The position numbers were made by a program, and so were the translations under genes. The notes beneath the pieces are model-generated. The model ran no database searches. It was given only the letters and a program-made list of their open reading frames with translations, and was not told where the DNA came from. Of a DNA stretch of 64,000 nucleotides, positions 26,568-39,575 are shown in pieces (the stretch's first letter is position 1; the number at the start of each line of letters is the position of its first letter). Location: contig NC_083437.1 in the NCBI RefSeq assembly GCF_020745735.1, positions 24,552,001-24,616,000 on the forward strand, read 5' to 3'. Source of the stretch: Hemiscyllium ocellatum (lineage: Eukaryota).

Positions 26568-26666
26568 AACAAAACAGAAATTGCTGGAAAAGGTCAACAG
26601 GTCTCGCAGCATCTTAGAGAGAAATCAGAGTTAACAGTTCAAGTCCAGTGTGCCTTCCTCAGTTCT
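26568..26666 (-). mobile_element. Single-arm mini-PLE (family D); related relics at 26270-26362 and 11679-11770
   Basis: AAAACAGAAATTGCTGGAAA...GCAGCATC...AGAGTTAAC...CCTTCCTCAG is the reverse of a CTGAGGA hammerhead-type pLTR. Confidence 0.65.
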
Positions 26667-27199
26667 AGACTGGATAATCAAAGTCATGGGATGGAGATGC
26701 AGGTCTTTGTACACCTGCCAGTGAAACTAATGTGTAACACATGGTTTGCGTAATTCTCCAAATTCTGTACCTCACCAGTTATCGCAGGAGGGATGCCCTT
26801 GCAGTGACATACAATCGCCAGGAGGAGCTACAATAATCCTAATGTCATTTTATACCTGTTCTAGTAGATGAACATTCAGTTATTTCTGTTGAGATGAACA
26901 AAGTCAGTGGCTTGATTCTGGGGTCATTCTGGTCAGTAAGGTTCAGTTCTGCACTATTGACCACTGAGTCACAAATGAAAAGCTACAAAAATTCGAGAGA
27001 GTCCTGAAACAATTTGTCTCCTAAAAGGAAAGATATCCATGTATGTACTCTTGTGTGCTTGACTGTATGCAATTATTTATCATTGATAAACTATTCTGCA
27101 CACACCACAATGTGCTCCTTGAAACAAAAATTCAGCAAATGGATATGACTTTTAAAGTTCTACACTCAATAGAACAAATTTCTGAAATGAAACACCACA

Positions 27200-27662
27200 A
27201 CAACAACAACTTGTACGTACATAGCACCTTAAGTGTAATGAAGTGTCCCACGCGCTTCGCATGTATATTGTGAAGCAACATTTGGCATTGAGTTACATAG
27301 ATTCATATCAGGTCAGATAAAAGGGGCTAAGGGATGCTAGGAGTATTAAGAAGGGAATTGCAGCACTTAGGGCCCAAACAACTGAAGTCACAACCCCTAA
27401 CTGTGGAGCAATTAAAATTGGCGATGCTCCAGAGGAGGAGAGGTATCACAGATAGTTGTGGGGCTGAGGAAGGTTACGGAACGAGGGAGGGGTCACGAGG
27501 CATTTGAAAACCAGGATGAGAAATTTTCAAGAGGTTTTGTTTGACCACAAGCCAGTACTGGTCAGCGAGCACAGTGAGTGAACAGGACTTAATACGAGTA
27601 AAGACATGGGTAGCAGAGTTATGGATAGTCTCAAGTTTACTGAGCACACAGCAATAGAACAA
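27200..27662 (-). mobile_element. L2 LINE 3' fragment
   Basis: Reverse ORF LETIHNSATHVFTRIKS..TVLADQYWLVVKQ resembles the L2 C-terminus (LQ.IQNSAAR.LT...LHWLPV). Tail is a CAA repeat. Confidence 0.75.
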
Positions 27663-28899
27663 TACAGGAAATTTCTTTTCCTTTGAAGTCTAAGTAGTAA
27701 AGATGGTCAAGCTGGAGCTGCTGGCTTTGTTTCTGCAAGCAGCTGCAATTGTCTCTTGGCTCCCCTCACTGTTTTGTTTCCATTTGCATGTCTCTATGTG
27801 ATATAATTAGAATTCTGTGGGTTTGCCATTATCAGATGGATGTGCTGTGTGCCTTGAGTCGAGATTTCGAACCTGCAGTGCTTTATAATCAAAAGTTGGG
27901 CTTTTTCCAATCCCAATTTGAAGTAGCATTTCATTACAATTTTATGTAAGCGTTAATGGAATACTTTCCCTGAAAGCTGCACTCATAAAAGTCTGCATCA
28001 ATTAAGCCTTGAATTTCAATTTGAGGTAAAGTAAAACTGACCTCAACAGCGTAACCATCCCCCATAGAATTGATGGCCATGCTGAGAGCAATTACAGTTT
28101 GCAAGAACTGGTATCTTAACAATGGGCAATCTAATTTCCAGTAAGTGCTATTTTTAAACAGCACTACTCAAAAATAATGCTGATTGGCTTCAATTCCATA
28201 GTTTACAAGAGACAAAGGGCATCTGCCTCTTTTAGTCAGCAACAAGTGCGCAAGGCAAGGGCAGGACTCCATGCAACAGCACAATGGTTCAACCCATGTT
28301 AATTGGTGTTTCCCCTGAACAACACTAAACTAATTAATACTCATTCCTTTTGTTTTTACTGCTTTTGCCCAAGGGCAGTGGGGGTTGGAGGGGGGCATTG
28401 ATAGTTAATTGCATGTAAAAGGGGTGAAAGTACTGGCTAATTTTAATATTCGCCCCCCCCCCCCCCCCCCCCCCCCCACTACCCCATCACCCCTGTTTAC
28501 CTCCACTCTCTTCTGGGCCCTGTCTCAGGTTGACATTCAGCTTCACATCTGCGATTGGCATTTTCCATATTTTGTTGATATCTGTCAATGTTCAAAATTC
28601 AGCCTCAAACTGTTCAGCCACAGGGAAGCTACCACTGCACTGAGCTCTATCCTCACCTGAATTTCCAGGAGAGGCATTGATGAACTTTACAGAAAGAAGT
28701 AATTTGACGCATTACCAGTTACCATTCTCTTAAGAATAATCTATCCATTTGTTACGAATTTTATGCTTTCCCTATGCTAGAGAATATTGCCTCCTTGCAA
28801 ATCTGTACATCATTAAATACGTCATGCCAATGCTTTGTATTCCTTTACCTCCAATCTATTTGTTTATTCACAATCTTCTCTACCTCATCCACATTCCTT

Positions 28900-29430
28900 T
28901 CGGTTAGATGGTTATGAGTTCAAGTCCCATTCCAGAAGCACAAAAATCTTTGCTGCCTGTCCAATGTATTGAGGAAGCTCTGCACCGTTGGAGATGTGCT
29001 ACCCTTAAAGTAATATATTTCACCTGACATTTATTTGGATATGTCTGAAAGTAAAAAGATTCCATGTCACCATTTGAAAGGAAAGGAATGTTATTTTGAT
29101 GACCAATAGTTGTCCCTTGATTAACATTACAAATATGAGATTATCTGGATGTTATGATGACAGTCTGGCCTGTGCTGTGACTTTATTGGCACTGGTCACC
29201 AAATGGCAGCCCTTAGTTAGTGTCCTATGGTAGACGTAACCATGTCTACAGCAAACCAGAAGGCATATTGTTGCACTCTTGCCAAACAGTCAGATCATAA
29301 TGCTTTTTTTTTGGGAGCTTGATGTGTTCAGATTGGCTATGTCTACACCTTTAGAGATGCTTCATTGGCTGTGAAATGCTTTGGGGAATCCTGATGTCAA
29401 GGAAGTCACTATATAAATGCAACTGTTTTG
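28900..29430 (+). mobile_element. DeuSINE-like relic with internal insertion
   Basis: tRNA-like GAGTTCAAGTCCC head, AAAAGATTCCATG, GATTATCTGG, and tail CACTATATAAATGCAA. Confidence 0.55.
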
Positions 29431-29848
29431 CATTATGCTTTTGTGGGTCAATATTGTGCTACCTATTTCTCTATTTTCAAATGGTCCTTCCCCACCTCCA
29501 CCTATCACCTGGTTGTGTTAATATAAAGTACTACCTCCACTGTTCCCCTTAACTCTCTGTGCCATCTATGAGACATAGCACCATGTAAAAAAAAAATCAC
29601 ATTTCTACATCTTCAACTGTGATCAGAGCTCATTCTGGTGTCCAAATCAATGACAGTGATGGTCATGTAGTGATTTCATATTAGATAATAAGCCAGAGTT
29701 TAAGAGTTGAAATTCACCATTGAAAATTGTGAGATTATGTCCAATTGATTTAATAACATTTGGGCTAATTTCTATTCCTCCATGTCTAAGGCCAACTGTA
29801 ATACCCCCACAGCTCATGATAAATGAACCCCTTACATAGTTTGAGCTG

Positions 29849-30042
29849 GAAGTGCTGCAGATGCTCAGCAGATCTGACATCATCTGTGGTGAGAAAACAG
29901 GCATACATTTCAAGTCTGCTGACCCACCTTCATTTTGTTAACTCTGTTTCCTCTCCATAGATGCTGCCAGACCTGCTGAGTATCTGCAGCAATTTCTGTT
30001 TTGGTTTGTTTCAGATCTGCAGCATCTGCAGTTCTGTTTTCT
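29849..30042. mobile_element. Fold-back mini-PLE (family D)
   Basis: Arms TGCTGCAGATGCTCAGCAGATCTG / CAGACCTGCTGAGTATCTGCAGCA. 17-bp TSD TTACATA(G/T)TTTGAGCTG. Confidence 0.8.
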
Positions 30043-30381
30043 TTACATATTTTGAGCTGATCTCTGTATTTCTCAGTGCATTTGTCAACCAAGCTATATT
30101 TAGGTATCAAAAACATTCTTCCTTGTCACCTTTTTAATTCCTTTACAGCTTCCACTTGTTATACGTAATAATTTTATTATAGTTACTTAAAGATGTCATC
30201 AGGACTGATAGTTGTTAAAAATGTACATATTTGCCGCCTTGTGTGAGTGTTCTGAAGGACACCGCTATTACTGGACGAAAACAATATCTGTCAGGAGTTG
30301 GCAATTTTAGGAGAAGATTTATTTTTCTTTCCAGCTCTTAGGAGTCTTTCAGAGGCTTTTATATCAGGGTGATAATGTACA

Positions 30382-30742
30382 GCCATGGCATAGTCTTTGC
30401 CTATCTCTGTAGCCTCCGTCAGCCCTACAATTCCTAACAATCTTAGTGCTGCTCCATCTTTGGCCCCTTGTGGATCCTTCATCTACATCTTTACACCAAT
30501 GGTGTCATGTCTTTACTTGCCTGGGCCCTAAACTTTCGAATTATCTTTCTAAACTTTTATGAATTTTTCTCCTTCTTCAATGCGCTCCTTAAAACTTTGC
30601 TAATTAACCAAGTTTGGTCAGCTGCCCTGATATCTCTCTTTATGATTGAGTGTCAAATTTTGTCTGAAGCACATGGTGTGGAAGCACTTTGGGATGTTTC
30701 TCTATGTCAAAAGTGCTGTATAACTGCAAGATGATGATGATG
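30382..30742 (+). mobile_element. L2 LINE 3' fragment
   Basis: Ends GAAGCACTTTGGGATGTTT...GTGCTGTATAACTGCAAG(ATG)n, the reverse of the 27200 tail. Confidence 0.65.
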
Positions 30743-31171
30743 TTGCTAAAATGTTGTTCTTGAATCCCTGTGATGTGACCTCTAATCCAGTTCTAACAAA
30801 TAATAACCAAGGCTTGAAAATACATAAATCTGAATGATCTCAAACAGCTTCTTTGTGAGTTCAGCACCACCTATCATTTCAGACTAATTGATAGCTGGGA
30901 GACACTACAATGGCATGGTAATGTAAAGTCTAACACTGCTACAGCTTACATTAGAGTTAAAGCTGATTGTTAGAGAAGTCTGGTCCTTCACTCTGATCCA
31001 TAGAGATGTCCATTCATCAGTATTTGCACCCAAATATTATAAGTTACACAGAAATGTAACTCTTGTAAAAAGGAAACAGTCAATTTCATCAATTTTCTCA
31101 TGAGTAACATCATTGTTTAATGACATTCAATGCTTCTAACAACATAATGTTTTGTGATTTCCTTCTTCTAG

Positions 31172-31291
31172 TTGGTGAAACTGTGCAGTGGGATGATTGA
31201 AGCAGGGAGAGCATATACCACGGCCAATAAACATTTTGTCAATGGGATCCGAGACCTCTCTCAACAATGCAGGAAAGATGAAATGATATCG
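31172..31291 (+). CDS. ACAP3: ACAP3 internal coding exon (BAR domain, probably exon 3), 120 bp, phase 0-0
   Basis: Polypyrimidine tract plus TAG acceptor ending at 31171 and a GTAAG donor at 31292. Translates LVKLCSGMIEAGRAYTTANKHFVNGIRDLSQQCRKDEMIS. This matches recalled human ACAP3 (LVKLCSGMVEAGKAY...RDLSQQC) better than ACAP2 (LVKLCIAMIDTGKAF). Confidence 0.93.
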
Positions 31292-31602
31292 GTAAGATAG
31301 AAGTTATTTTACAAATTCTGTCATATTTCCTCCTTTAACTGGGAAAGTAGAATGGAAAAGCTTCTGTGATGTCCATAGATCCATCTGAAGCTACTTAATT
31401 CTGGGATGACAGGAGTTAGTTCTGCCTGGATTAGGACTTACTTCTGATATCAGCTCTGCAAAGGGAATTACTTGGAAAAGTTCTACGTAAATGGTACATC
31501 TCTGTTGTAAAACCATTCATCAGCGCAAACATGTGAGAAACGTACAGTATAAGTGAACAAAGCCAGTTTCTCTTCATCCACACTTTCCAAGTTTGTTCTT
31601 TT

Positions 31603-31921
31603 AGAATTAGATTAGATTTCTTAGTGTGGAAACTGGCCCTTTGGCCCAACAAGTCCACACTGACCGCTAAAGCGCAACTCACCCAGACCCGTTCCCCTAC
31701 ATTAACCCCTTCACCTAACACTACGAGCAATTTAGCATGGCCAATTCACCTAACCTCCACATTTTTGGACTGTGGGAGAAAACTGAAGCAACCGGAGAAA
31801 ACCCACGCAGACACAAGGAGAATGTGCAAACTCCACACAGTCAGTCGCCTGAGATGGGAATTGAACCCAGGTCCCTGGCACTGTGAGGCAGCAGTGCTAA
31901 CCACTGTGCCACTGTGCCACC
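31603..31921 (-). mobile_element. HE1-like V-SINE, (TAATC)n tail
   Basis: ATTAGATTAGATT tail, V core and head ending CCACTGTGCCACTGTGCCACC. Confidence 0.88.
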
Positions 31922-32360
31922 CACAATGTGGTACTGTTCTGCCTGATAGAAGTCTTCAGCACTCATTAACATTTCCCAATTGAAACCACTCTGAGTACAA
32001 ATTTAACAAGTGTCTGCTAGTTTTCTAATAGTACCCATTTATATGAAGAAATCTAGGCATATGTCAGCCCAATGGCCACCATTGCGACATAATTTATAAA
32101 TCATACACGATTTGCAGAGTCTTCTTTGCAATCTGGAACTGGTCATTTCTGAGTTTCATATTGTTCTTGTCTCTCACTGACATCTTAGCTTCCCTAACCA
32201 GAGTTCATGTTATTAAGGTTCCCTCATTGTCTCAATATGTTAACAAGGCTAACGATCCTGCTATCACAGGTAGGCACCTCCTAGCAATATTCTCGATGTG
32301 GTACTGTTCATGAGACAGAATAACAGGGAACGTCTATTTGTCAGCTTCTTCCAGGTCTTT

Positions 32361-34060
32361 TTTTCTTAATTCACTTGTGGGACATAGGTGTCATTGGCAG
32401 GGCCAGCATTTCTTTCCCATCTCTAGCTGTCCTTGAGAAGGTGGTAGTGAGCTGCCTTCCTGAGCCATTGCAATCCATGTGCTGTGGGATGACACTCAAT
32501 GCCCTTTGGGAGGGAATTCCAGGATTTTGACCCAGCAACACTGAAGGAACGGCCATATATTTCTAAGTCAGGATGGTGAGTGGATTGGACAGGAACTTGC
32601 AAGTGCTGGTGTTCCCAAATATCTGTTGTCCTTGTCCCTCTAGATGGAAGTGATCATGTATGAGGAAGGTGCTGTCTAGGGATCTTTGCAGTGAATCCTT
32701 CAGATAGTACACACTGTGGCTACTGAACATCAGTGATGGGGAAGTGGATGTTTGTTGATATGGTGCCCATCGACTGGGCTGCTTTGTCCTGGATGGTGTC
32801 AAGACTGAGTGTGGTTGGAGTTGCGCTCATCCAGGTAAGTGGAGAATATTCCATCACACTTATGACTTGTGCCTTGCAGCTGGTGGACAGGTTTTGGGGA
32901 GTCAGGAGGTGAGTTACACCCTGCATATTCCTAGCCTCTGAACTACTCTTGTAGCCACTGTGTTTATGTGGTGAGTCAAGTTCATCAGTTTCTGGTCAGT
33001 GCTAACCTCCAGGATGATGACAGTGACGATTTGGTGATGGCAACACTGTTGGATGTCTAGGACCACGTTAGATTGTCTTTTATTGGAGATAGTCATCTGT
33101 GTGATATGAATGTTACTTGCTGCTTGTCAACCCAAGCCGGGATATTGTCCAGATCTTGTTATGTTTGAACATGGACTGTTCTGTATCTGAGCAGTTGTGA
33201 ATAGTACTGAACATTGTACAATCAATCATCAACAAAAATACTCAATTCTGACCTTATGATGGAGGGAAATTCATTGATGAATGGCTAAGACACTACCCTG
33301 AGGAACTCTTGCAGAGATGTCCTGGAACTGAGATGACTGACCTCCAACAATGACAACCATCCTCCTATGTGGCATGTATGACTCCAACTAATGGAGAGTT
33401 TGCCCCCTGATACCCATTAATTCCACTTTTGTTAAGGCTCCTTGATACCACACTGGGTCGTGCAGCCTTGATGCAAAGGGCTGTCACTCTCACCTCATCT
33501 CTGGAATTCAGCTCTTTTGTCTGCATTTGTCTCTGTAATGAGATTAGGAACTGAGTAGCCTTGGCAGAACCTAAGGTTATTGTTATCAAGCAGCACCTGC
33601 TCAGCAAGGTTGATGACTCCTTCCATCACTTTACTGACGATTGAGAGTAGACTGATGGGATGCTAATTGGTTGGATTGGATTTGTGCTTTTTTCTGTGTA
33701 CAGGACATACCTGGGCAATTTTCCACATTGTTGGACAGATGCTAGGGTTGCAGCTGTACTGGAACAGCTTGACTAAAGCAGCAGATTCTGGAGTACAAGT
33801 CTTCAGTACTATTGCTGGAATGTTGTCAGGGCCCATTGCTTTTGCACTATACGGTGACTCTTGTTTCTTGATACCATGTGGAATGAATCAAATTGGCTGA
33901 AGACTGGTATATGTAATGCTGGAGACCGTTGGAGGAGGCCGTGACTCTTCTGGTTGAAGATTGCCTTGAATACTTCATCCTTATCTTTCGCACTGATGTG
34001 TTGGGTTTTTCTATCATTGAAGATGGGGATATTTGTGGAACCTCTTCCTCCACTGAATTG
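32361..34060 (-). mobile_element. Second LINE family (CR1/L2 superfamily, Zenon-like), about 1.7 kb 3' fragment, decayed
   Basis: Reverse-strand RT remnants (EVRVTAL.IKAA, KAQVISVMEYSPLTWMSA, LDTIQDKAA). The 3' UTR is shared with many short copies. Confidence 0.8.
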
Positions 34061-34131
34061 TTCAATTTTGCACCTCAAGGGTCTTATTTTCACAGGAGCC
34101 ATGTTCCCAGAAAATTATGGTGAAGGTTAGC

Positions 34132-34440
34132 TTAGAATTGTAGAAGCAGGCCATCTGGCCCATCGAGTCCACACCAACCCTCCAAAGAGTAGCATTCCAC
34201 CCGGATTCAGCTCCCTGTAACCTTGCATTTTCCATGGCTAATCACCTTGCTTGCATATTCCTGTACATGATGGCCAATCCACCTAACCCGCACATCTTTG
34301 GATTGTGGGAGGCAACTGGAGCAAACCCACACAGACATGGGGAAAATGTGCAAACTCCACATAGACAATCTCCCGAGGCAAGAATTGAACCGGGGTCCCT
34401 AGCGCTGTGAGGTAGCAGTGCTAACCATTGATCCATTCTG
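34132..34440 (-). mobile_element. HE1-like V-SINE
   Basis: TGTGCAAACTCCACA core and GCAGTGCTAACCA head on the reverse strand. Confidence 0.82.
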
Positions 34441-35848
34441 CTGCAGCATAAGGGGAGTAACCCACAGACCAGTAATCTAACTTGCCAATTAGGCCAATTG
34501 AAAAATCCTCCATATCTGAAGTGTCCAGCTGAACATATGGTCAAATCTGCAGCTATTTTCAAAGACTCATTTTTTTTGCTTGCGTTTTAATGAAAATCTT
34601 TTGGTTTCCCCCACTCCTAACCATCAGTTACACATGTGACAGTGATTTCAATGTAGTCTACAAGACAGCTAGTTGCAGTAAAGTGGTTGGGATTTGTTCT
34701 CATGTTTCCTGATATCATGCAGTCAGTCAGTATGATTACTGCCTTTCATGGCTCCCATCTATCGCTTCCTGTGTTACAGTAGCAAGAGATCAAAAGAGAG
34801 AGAAAGCAATCTTCAAAGCATCCCAACAGAAGGACTGAACGACAGATTTTTGATGTTTTAAATTGTAATGCTCAAACCCAAAATCAAGATAAATCAAACT
34901 TACATTAACAGATAAATAGTATTTCAATAGAAGCAATGAATTTTGCCTCAGTCGATAGTTTCTCAGCATCAACTCCCAGCAGATCAAAAGCTGCAAGTGC
35001 AGTCACAAACTCCTTTCAACGCTGCCTCTTGTACAACAGGTTTCTCATTTCTCTCACTCATCGGATTTGGCCCTTGAATCACTTTCACTGGTAGCTTTAT
35101 TCTGCCTGAGTACCCTAGATGAGGTTAACACCAACGAGGCACAGTCCTACTGAAACTTCCTACTGAAGTTACATTCGCCACACAGCTAATGACACAGCTT
35201 GCCAGGTTTCCTTTCCAACCGACCAATTAAAACACTTTGTTTTATAATCTGGTCACCTCTGGCACAAATATCCAGTTCTTTAGCTTGTCTAAGCTATCCA
35301 TGCCACTTTTAGATTTCCATTTGTTTTAGCTAGTTTGCACATTGCTTCACCAAGATTCTTGAGATCCGTGCCCCCTCTGATCTCTCCTGCTAAAGAACTA
35401 ATGCAGCAAGATTCTGTGTGTTTTCTGCAGTACAGCATGCAGAAACTGCAGTCCTAATTTGCTTCCATTTGTCTTTTGTTGGGTGATCTCTCCATAGTAA
35501 CCCGAATAACCTGGTAGTTTCTTGGAAATATCCTCAAAGAAATTGGGTTGATTTTCTGTGTGAGATGTGGGCTGGTTTGAGAAAAAGCTTGGAAATAAAT
35601 TTTTTGAAGTTGCACAGGTTTAACCCTCCAAAATGCAAAATAATAATGAAGCAGCATGACAAACATCTTGGCTAGCTGCTCTGATATTGAGGTCTCAATC
35701 AAAACTTATTGGGAATTGCTACCAGAAGGATGGTGGAAAGTGATGTTGATGAAGTGTGCTATGGACTCAGTTTACATCTAAAGTTATGATTTCAGAGAAG
35801 GTTCTGGTCATTTTCACTTGGAAATCACATCTCTTTTTTTTATTTCAG

Positions 35849-35902
35849 GAATGCCTCCAGAAGTTTGGAGAGAGCTTACAAGAAATGATCAACTACCACA
35901 TG
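35849..35902 (+). CDS. ACAP3: ACAP3 internal coding exon (BAR domain, probably exon 4), 54 bp, phase 0-0
   Basis: T-rich tract plus TTTCAG acceptor and a GTAAGT donor at 35903. Translates ECLQKFGESLQEMINYHM, an in-frame continuation of the previous exon (recalled human ACAP3: ECLQRFADSLQEVVNYHM). Confidence 0.93.
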
Positions 35903-36554
35903 GTAAGTCATCAGTTTCTGTCATTTTGTATTCCTCTACATTTACAAATAACAGGAATTAAATCCAAAGGGTGCTGCAAAATCAAGTGACAGAAAATCAT
36001 ACTTCATTTTGGAGACAGACAGTGATCCCATTGTACGTTAAGTGAGCTGCTCCTGGTGTGAGTGAGTCACTCTCCATTATCCCATGTGGTAAAAACATGC
36101 TGAATTCTGGCATGTACATTTTCCCCATGGTGAGCAGACTTTCTTCATCAGTCCTTGACAATGCCAATCTATTCTATTTTGTTTATATGGCGTGCATACA
36201 AACATATTAAACGCATTATCACATAGATTGTATTGAATATTTGTCACTGGAACATTTGGTGCAGCTGGTCCCATTTTCAAACAATTGTCACTAGTTGAAA
36301 TCATTAAAAAAGTATGGGATGTGCTCTCAAAGGAAGGATTGCATTTGCTCACTCTTTAAACACTGAACGTGCTGGAGATTTGGAGACTAGCACAGGCTGA
36401 GAACATATGTCACCATTAGTATCTGATCCAAAAATCATTGGGGCAGAATGGTTATAATTAAAAACGTGATCGCGATCCCAATATCCTCTTCATTTCAACT
36501 GGACCGGAGCAAAGATAGCATGCTAATCCAATAAACTGACCCAACCTGTGAGAA

Positions 36555-36945
36555 GTGGTAGCATTGTGGTAATGTCTCTGGACAGTAATTCAGAACTAAG
36601 GTTCTGAAGATATGTTCAAAGAGCACTGAGGTAGCCAGGAGAACATATATTCAGTTTCATCTAAAATTATAGTCAATGGAATGGTGAGCACTGGTTGTTA
36701 AAAGAACTCATCTGATTCACTAAAATTTGTCAGGGAAGGAAATCTGCCTTTCATACCCAGTCTGGTCTCTGTGTGTCTCTATATCTGTAGCTTTGTGGCT
36801 AAAATGTAACTGTCCTGTGAGGAGTAAAAAGCAAGTACAAGATTGTATCAAATGGCTACCTTAGGTATTGGGGTTCACATGATTTAAGGAGGAGCTTATT
36901 AGAAATGGATGCCAGTGATAGTTAAATCCTATGAACAAAAAAAAA
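36555..36945 (+). mobile_element. Old SINE-like repeat; related pieces at about 355-620(-), 14425-14660(+), 48150-48490(-) and 55175-55400(-)
   Basis: Recurrent core GGAAGGAAATCTGCC.TC.TACC..GTCTGG...GTGTG.CTC. Its 3' end resembles the Zenon-like LINE tail. Confidence 0.5.
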
Positions 36946-37973
36946 ATTACAGCCAGACCAAAACACCAAAGGCTATGGGTTCCTCAAATCCTTTCTCCAA
37001 CTCCTGGCCATGGAGCATTGGCCTGGATTATGAGTGTACCAGCCCTGATGTTTGGCTTGAGCCATGACCTCCTGACTTGAAGCAAACATTCCGTCACTCA
37101 AAGAAGTGGTGGCTCACTGGTGAGGTTGCTCACAGCAAATTGAAAAATGCACCACAATATAAGGAGAGGAACAGGATGCTGTTTAATACAGTATATTATT
37201 CGGTCTCTAATGTGGAACCAAGTTTAGGTGAAGCATGTTATTAAAGCCTCAAGTTCTAACTCATGTAAATAAGATCATTTGGAGGTCGATGAAGTGGGAT
37301 TTGCCTATAGGTTGGAAGGTGTATGTGCAGGAAAAACTTGTCTCCTTTTTAATACATTTTTTTTAAAGGTTGTTTTTGTTTGTAAACACACTGTTATGCC
37401 TGAAATGTTTTGTGACGTAGATTGCTGGTGTGCATGACAGCCCAACATTTTAACACTAAATTGGCAGCTTCTGTTGACCACATATTTCTACTAATTTGTC
37501 TCGCCTTGGAGGCTGCCCAGACGTTGTACGCAGAGGGAAAAAACGCACCAAGTTTTGTCTGCAGATTTTGTGTGATTTGTTAGTAAATCCCAGATGGCAG
37601 CTTCTCAGAGGGCAGTACTCCTGCTTCAAGAACCATTTGGTCAGTGGTAGAAAGGATGGTGACAGTGTTTTTATTCACATCACATTTGCAGTTCTGACAG
37701 CGTCGTCGAGAGTGTGAATAGCGTGGGCTCCTGACATAGAATCCTGACATAAGCATGGGTACAAAACCCACAATACTGAGTAGCGTGGATAGAGGGATCA
37801 CAGAATACATGTCCACTAGTAAGACAGGCTAGAACCTGAGGGCACAACTAGCAGAGTGAAGGGTTGGCCTTTAGAACCGAGATGAGGAGGAACTTCTTCA
37901 GCCAGAGGGTGGTGAATCTGTGGAACCCGTTGCCACAGAGGGCTGTGGAGGCCAACTCTTTAAGTGTATTTTT

Positions 37974-38265
37974 TAGATTAAATTAGATTACCTCCAGTGT
38001 GGATACAGTCCACACTGACCCTCTGAAGAGTAACCCACCCAGTCCCAGTTCCTTCTGGCTAATGCACCTAACACTATGGACAATTTCCCATGACCAATTC
38101 ACCTGACCTGCATATCTCTGGACCTGTGGGAGGAAACCGAAGCACCCAGAGGAAACCCATGCATACACGGGGAGAATGTACAACTCCACACAGACTGTCA
38201 CCCAAGGCTGGAATCAAACCTGGGACCCTGGTGCTGTGAGGCAGCAGTGCTAACCACCATGCCGC
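37974..38265 (-). mobile_element. HE1-like V-SINE inserted in a CR1 3' fragment
   Basis: AGATTAAATTAGATTA tail, V core and head. The CR1 sequence resumes as TAAGACAGAGA. Confidence 0.85.
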
Positions 38266-38361
38266 TCACTAAGACAGAGAAAGGTTCTTGATTGGTAAAG
38301 GGACCAAGTGTTACAGGGAGAATGGGCTTGATAAATATATCAGCTATGATCGAATGGCATA

Positions 38362-39056
38362 TGTTACAACACGGGGTAAACTCTCCTGCTTACTGTAAAC
38401 CAGCAACACAGAAAAGATTTATCCTGTGCAGTAATCTATGAAAGTTCGAGAGGCCAAGCACTATTTAAAGTAAAAATTAACATCTTTATTTCTTAAAGTA
38501 TAACAGAGAATAATTAACTAACATCTACTTACAAGTCTTTCCTCTAACCTAACTTTTACCTTGCCCTTCTACAATACTAATCCAATAAAACTCCCAAGTA
38601 ATTTACGAAGCAAAACTTCTTATGTCAAAACAAGGCAGCTTTTAGTTTTCTCTGACTTCCTGTCTTATCTTCTTCTTGGGTATTCTGCTTCACCGGTTAC
38701 TGATTGATAAAGGTACCTTTTAAGAGAGCTATTTTTCAGGCAGTCTTTACATGCTGGTAGCTTGGCAGCTCTCCTCTGAACTGTTCAATTTTCCCTAGTC
38801 TTATACTTCCAAAGCATCAGATCGTGATAGTCAATATACTAAATTCAAACTTGATTGGAATTTGGTATTTTTTGGGGTATAATTCAAACTGATTGGCGTA
38901 ATTTGAATCTGTTTTGTTGCTTGCAGGCAACCAGCTACCCTAGCTACATCAGTAGCTGGAGCACATGTTACACTGTTTCTTATTGAGAACACTTTGTGCT
39001 GTTACTGCTAGCTTTTAAATCTCTTAAAGATACAGTACACCCACATCTTAATAACA
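38362..39056 (-). mobile_element. Solo LTR, 695 bp
   Basis: TGTTA...TAACA termini and a 4-bp TSD CATA/CAGA. It cleanly interrupts a CR1 tail. A TATA-like motif and AATAAA are correctly ordered on the minus strand (strand call tentative). Confidence 0.75.
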
Positions 39057-39149
39057 CAGAGCACACTCGATGGGTCAAATGGTCTAATTCTGCTTCTTTT
39101 ATGAATTGATGAGAGCGAAGTTGTAAATGTCTTGAACTGAAAACAGGAA

Positions 39150-39575
39150 AAGACCTTCATCTAAGTTACACCTTTCACAACTACAGATACCTTACAACCG
39201 ATAGAATGCTTGTCTTTTCTGAAGTATAGTCACTGTTGTAACAGAGGGCAAATGGCACACAATAAACCTCCACAAACAGGAATGTAATGATCACCAGACA
39301 AGTTTCTTAGTGATGTTGGCTGAGGAATAGATATTGTACACGATAGTAAGAAGAATTCTGCAGCTCTTCCTTGAAATGGTACCCACCAGAATCTTTTTAG
39401 TTCATCTAAGGGGGTCATTGTGGTCTGAATGTAACATTTCATTCAAAAGGCCACACTTCTGACAGAACAGCACCAACTCGGTACTGCACTGGAAGAATCA
39501 GCACACACCATACACGCAAATAGGTTTGAGTCCTACAACCTTCTACTAATAGGTGCCAATCATAGCAACTGAACC
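39150..39575 (-). mobile_element. DeuSINE-like relic
   Basis: Reverse motifs GTCACTGTTGTAA, CCACAAACAG..ATGTAATGA and CAGCACCAACTCGGTACTGCACTG. Confidence 0.55.

Larger units (their letters stand above)
37810..39105 (+). mobile_element. CR1 3' fragment split by a SINE and a solo LTR
   Basis: Pieces 37810-37973, 38268-38361 and 39057-39105 join into a continuous CR1 3' end (...GATCGAATGGCAGAGCACACTCGATGGG...). Confidence 0.8.

Noticed and set aside
30730-30835. C/D-box snoRNA (ATGATGA...CTGA)
   Set aside because: The ATGATGA is the L2 trinucleotide tail and there is no terminal stem.
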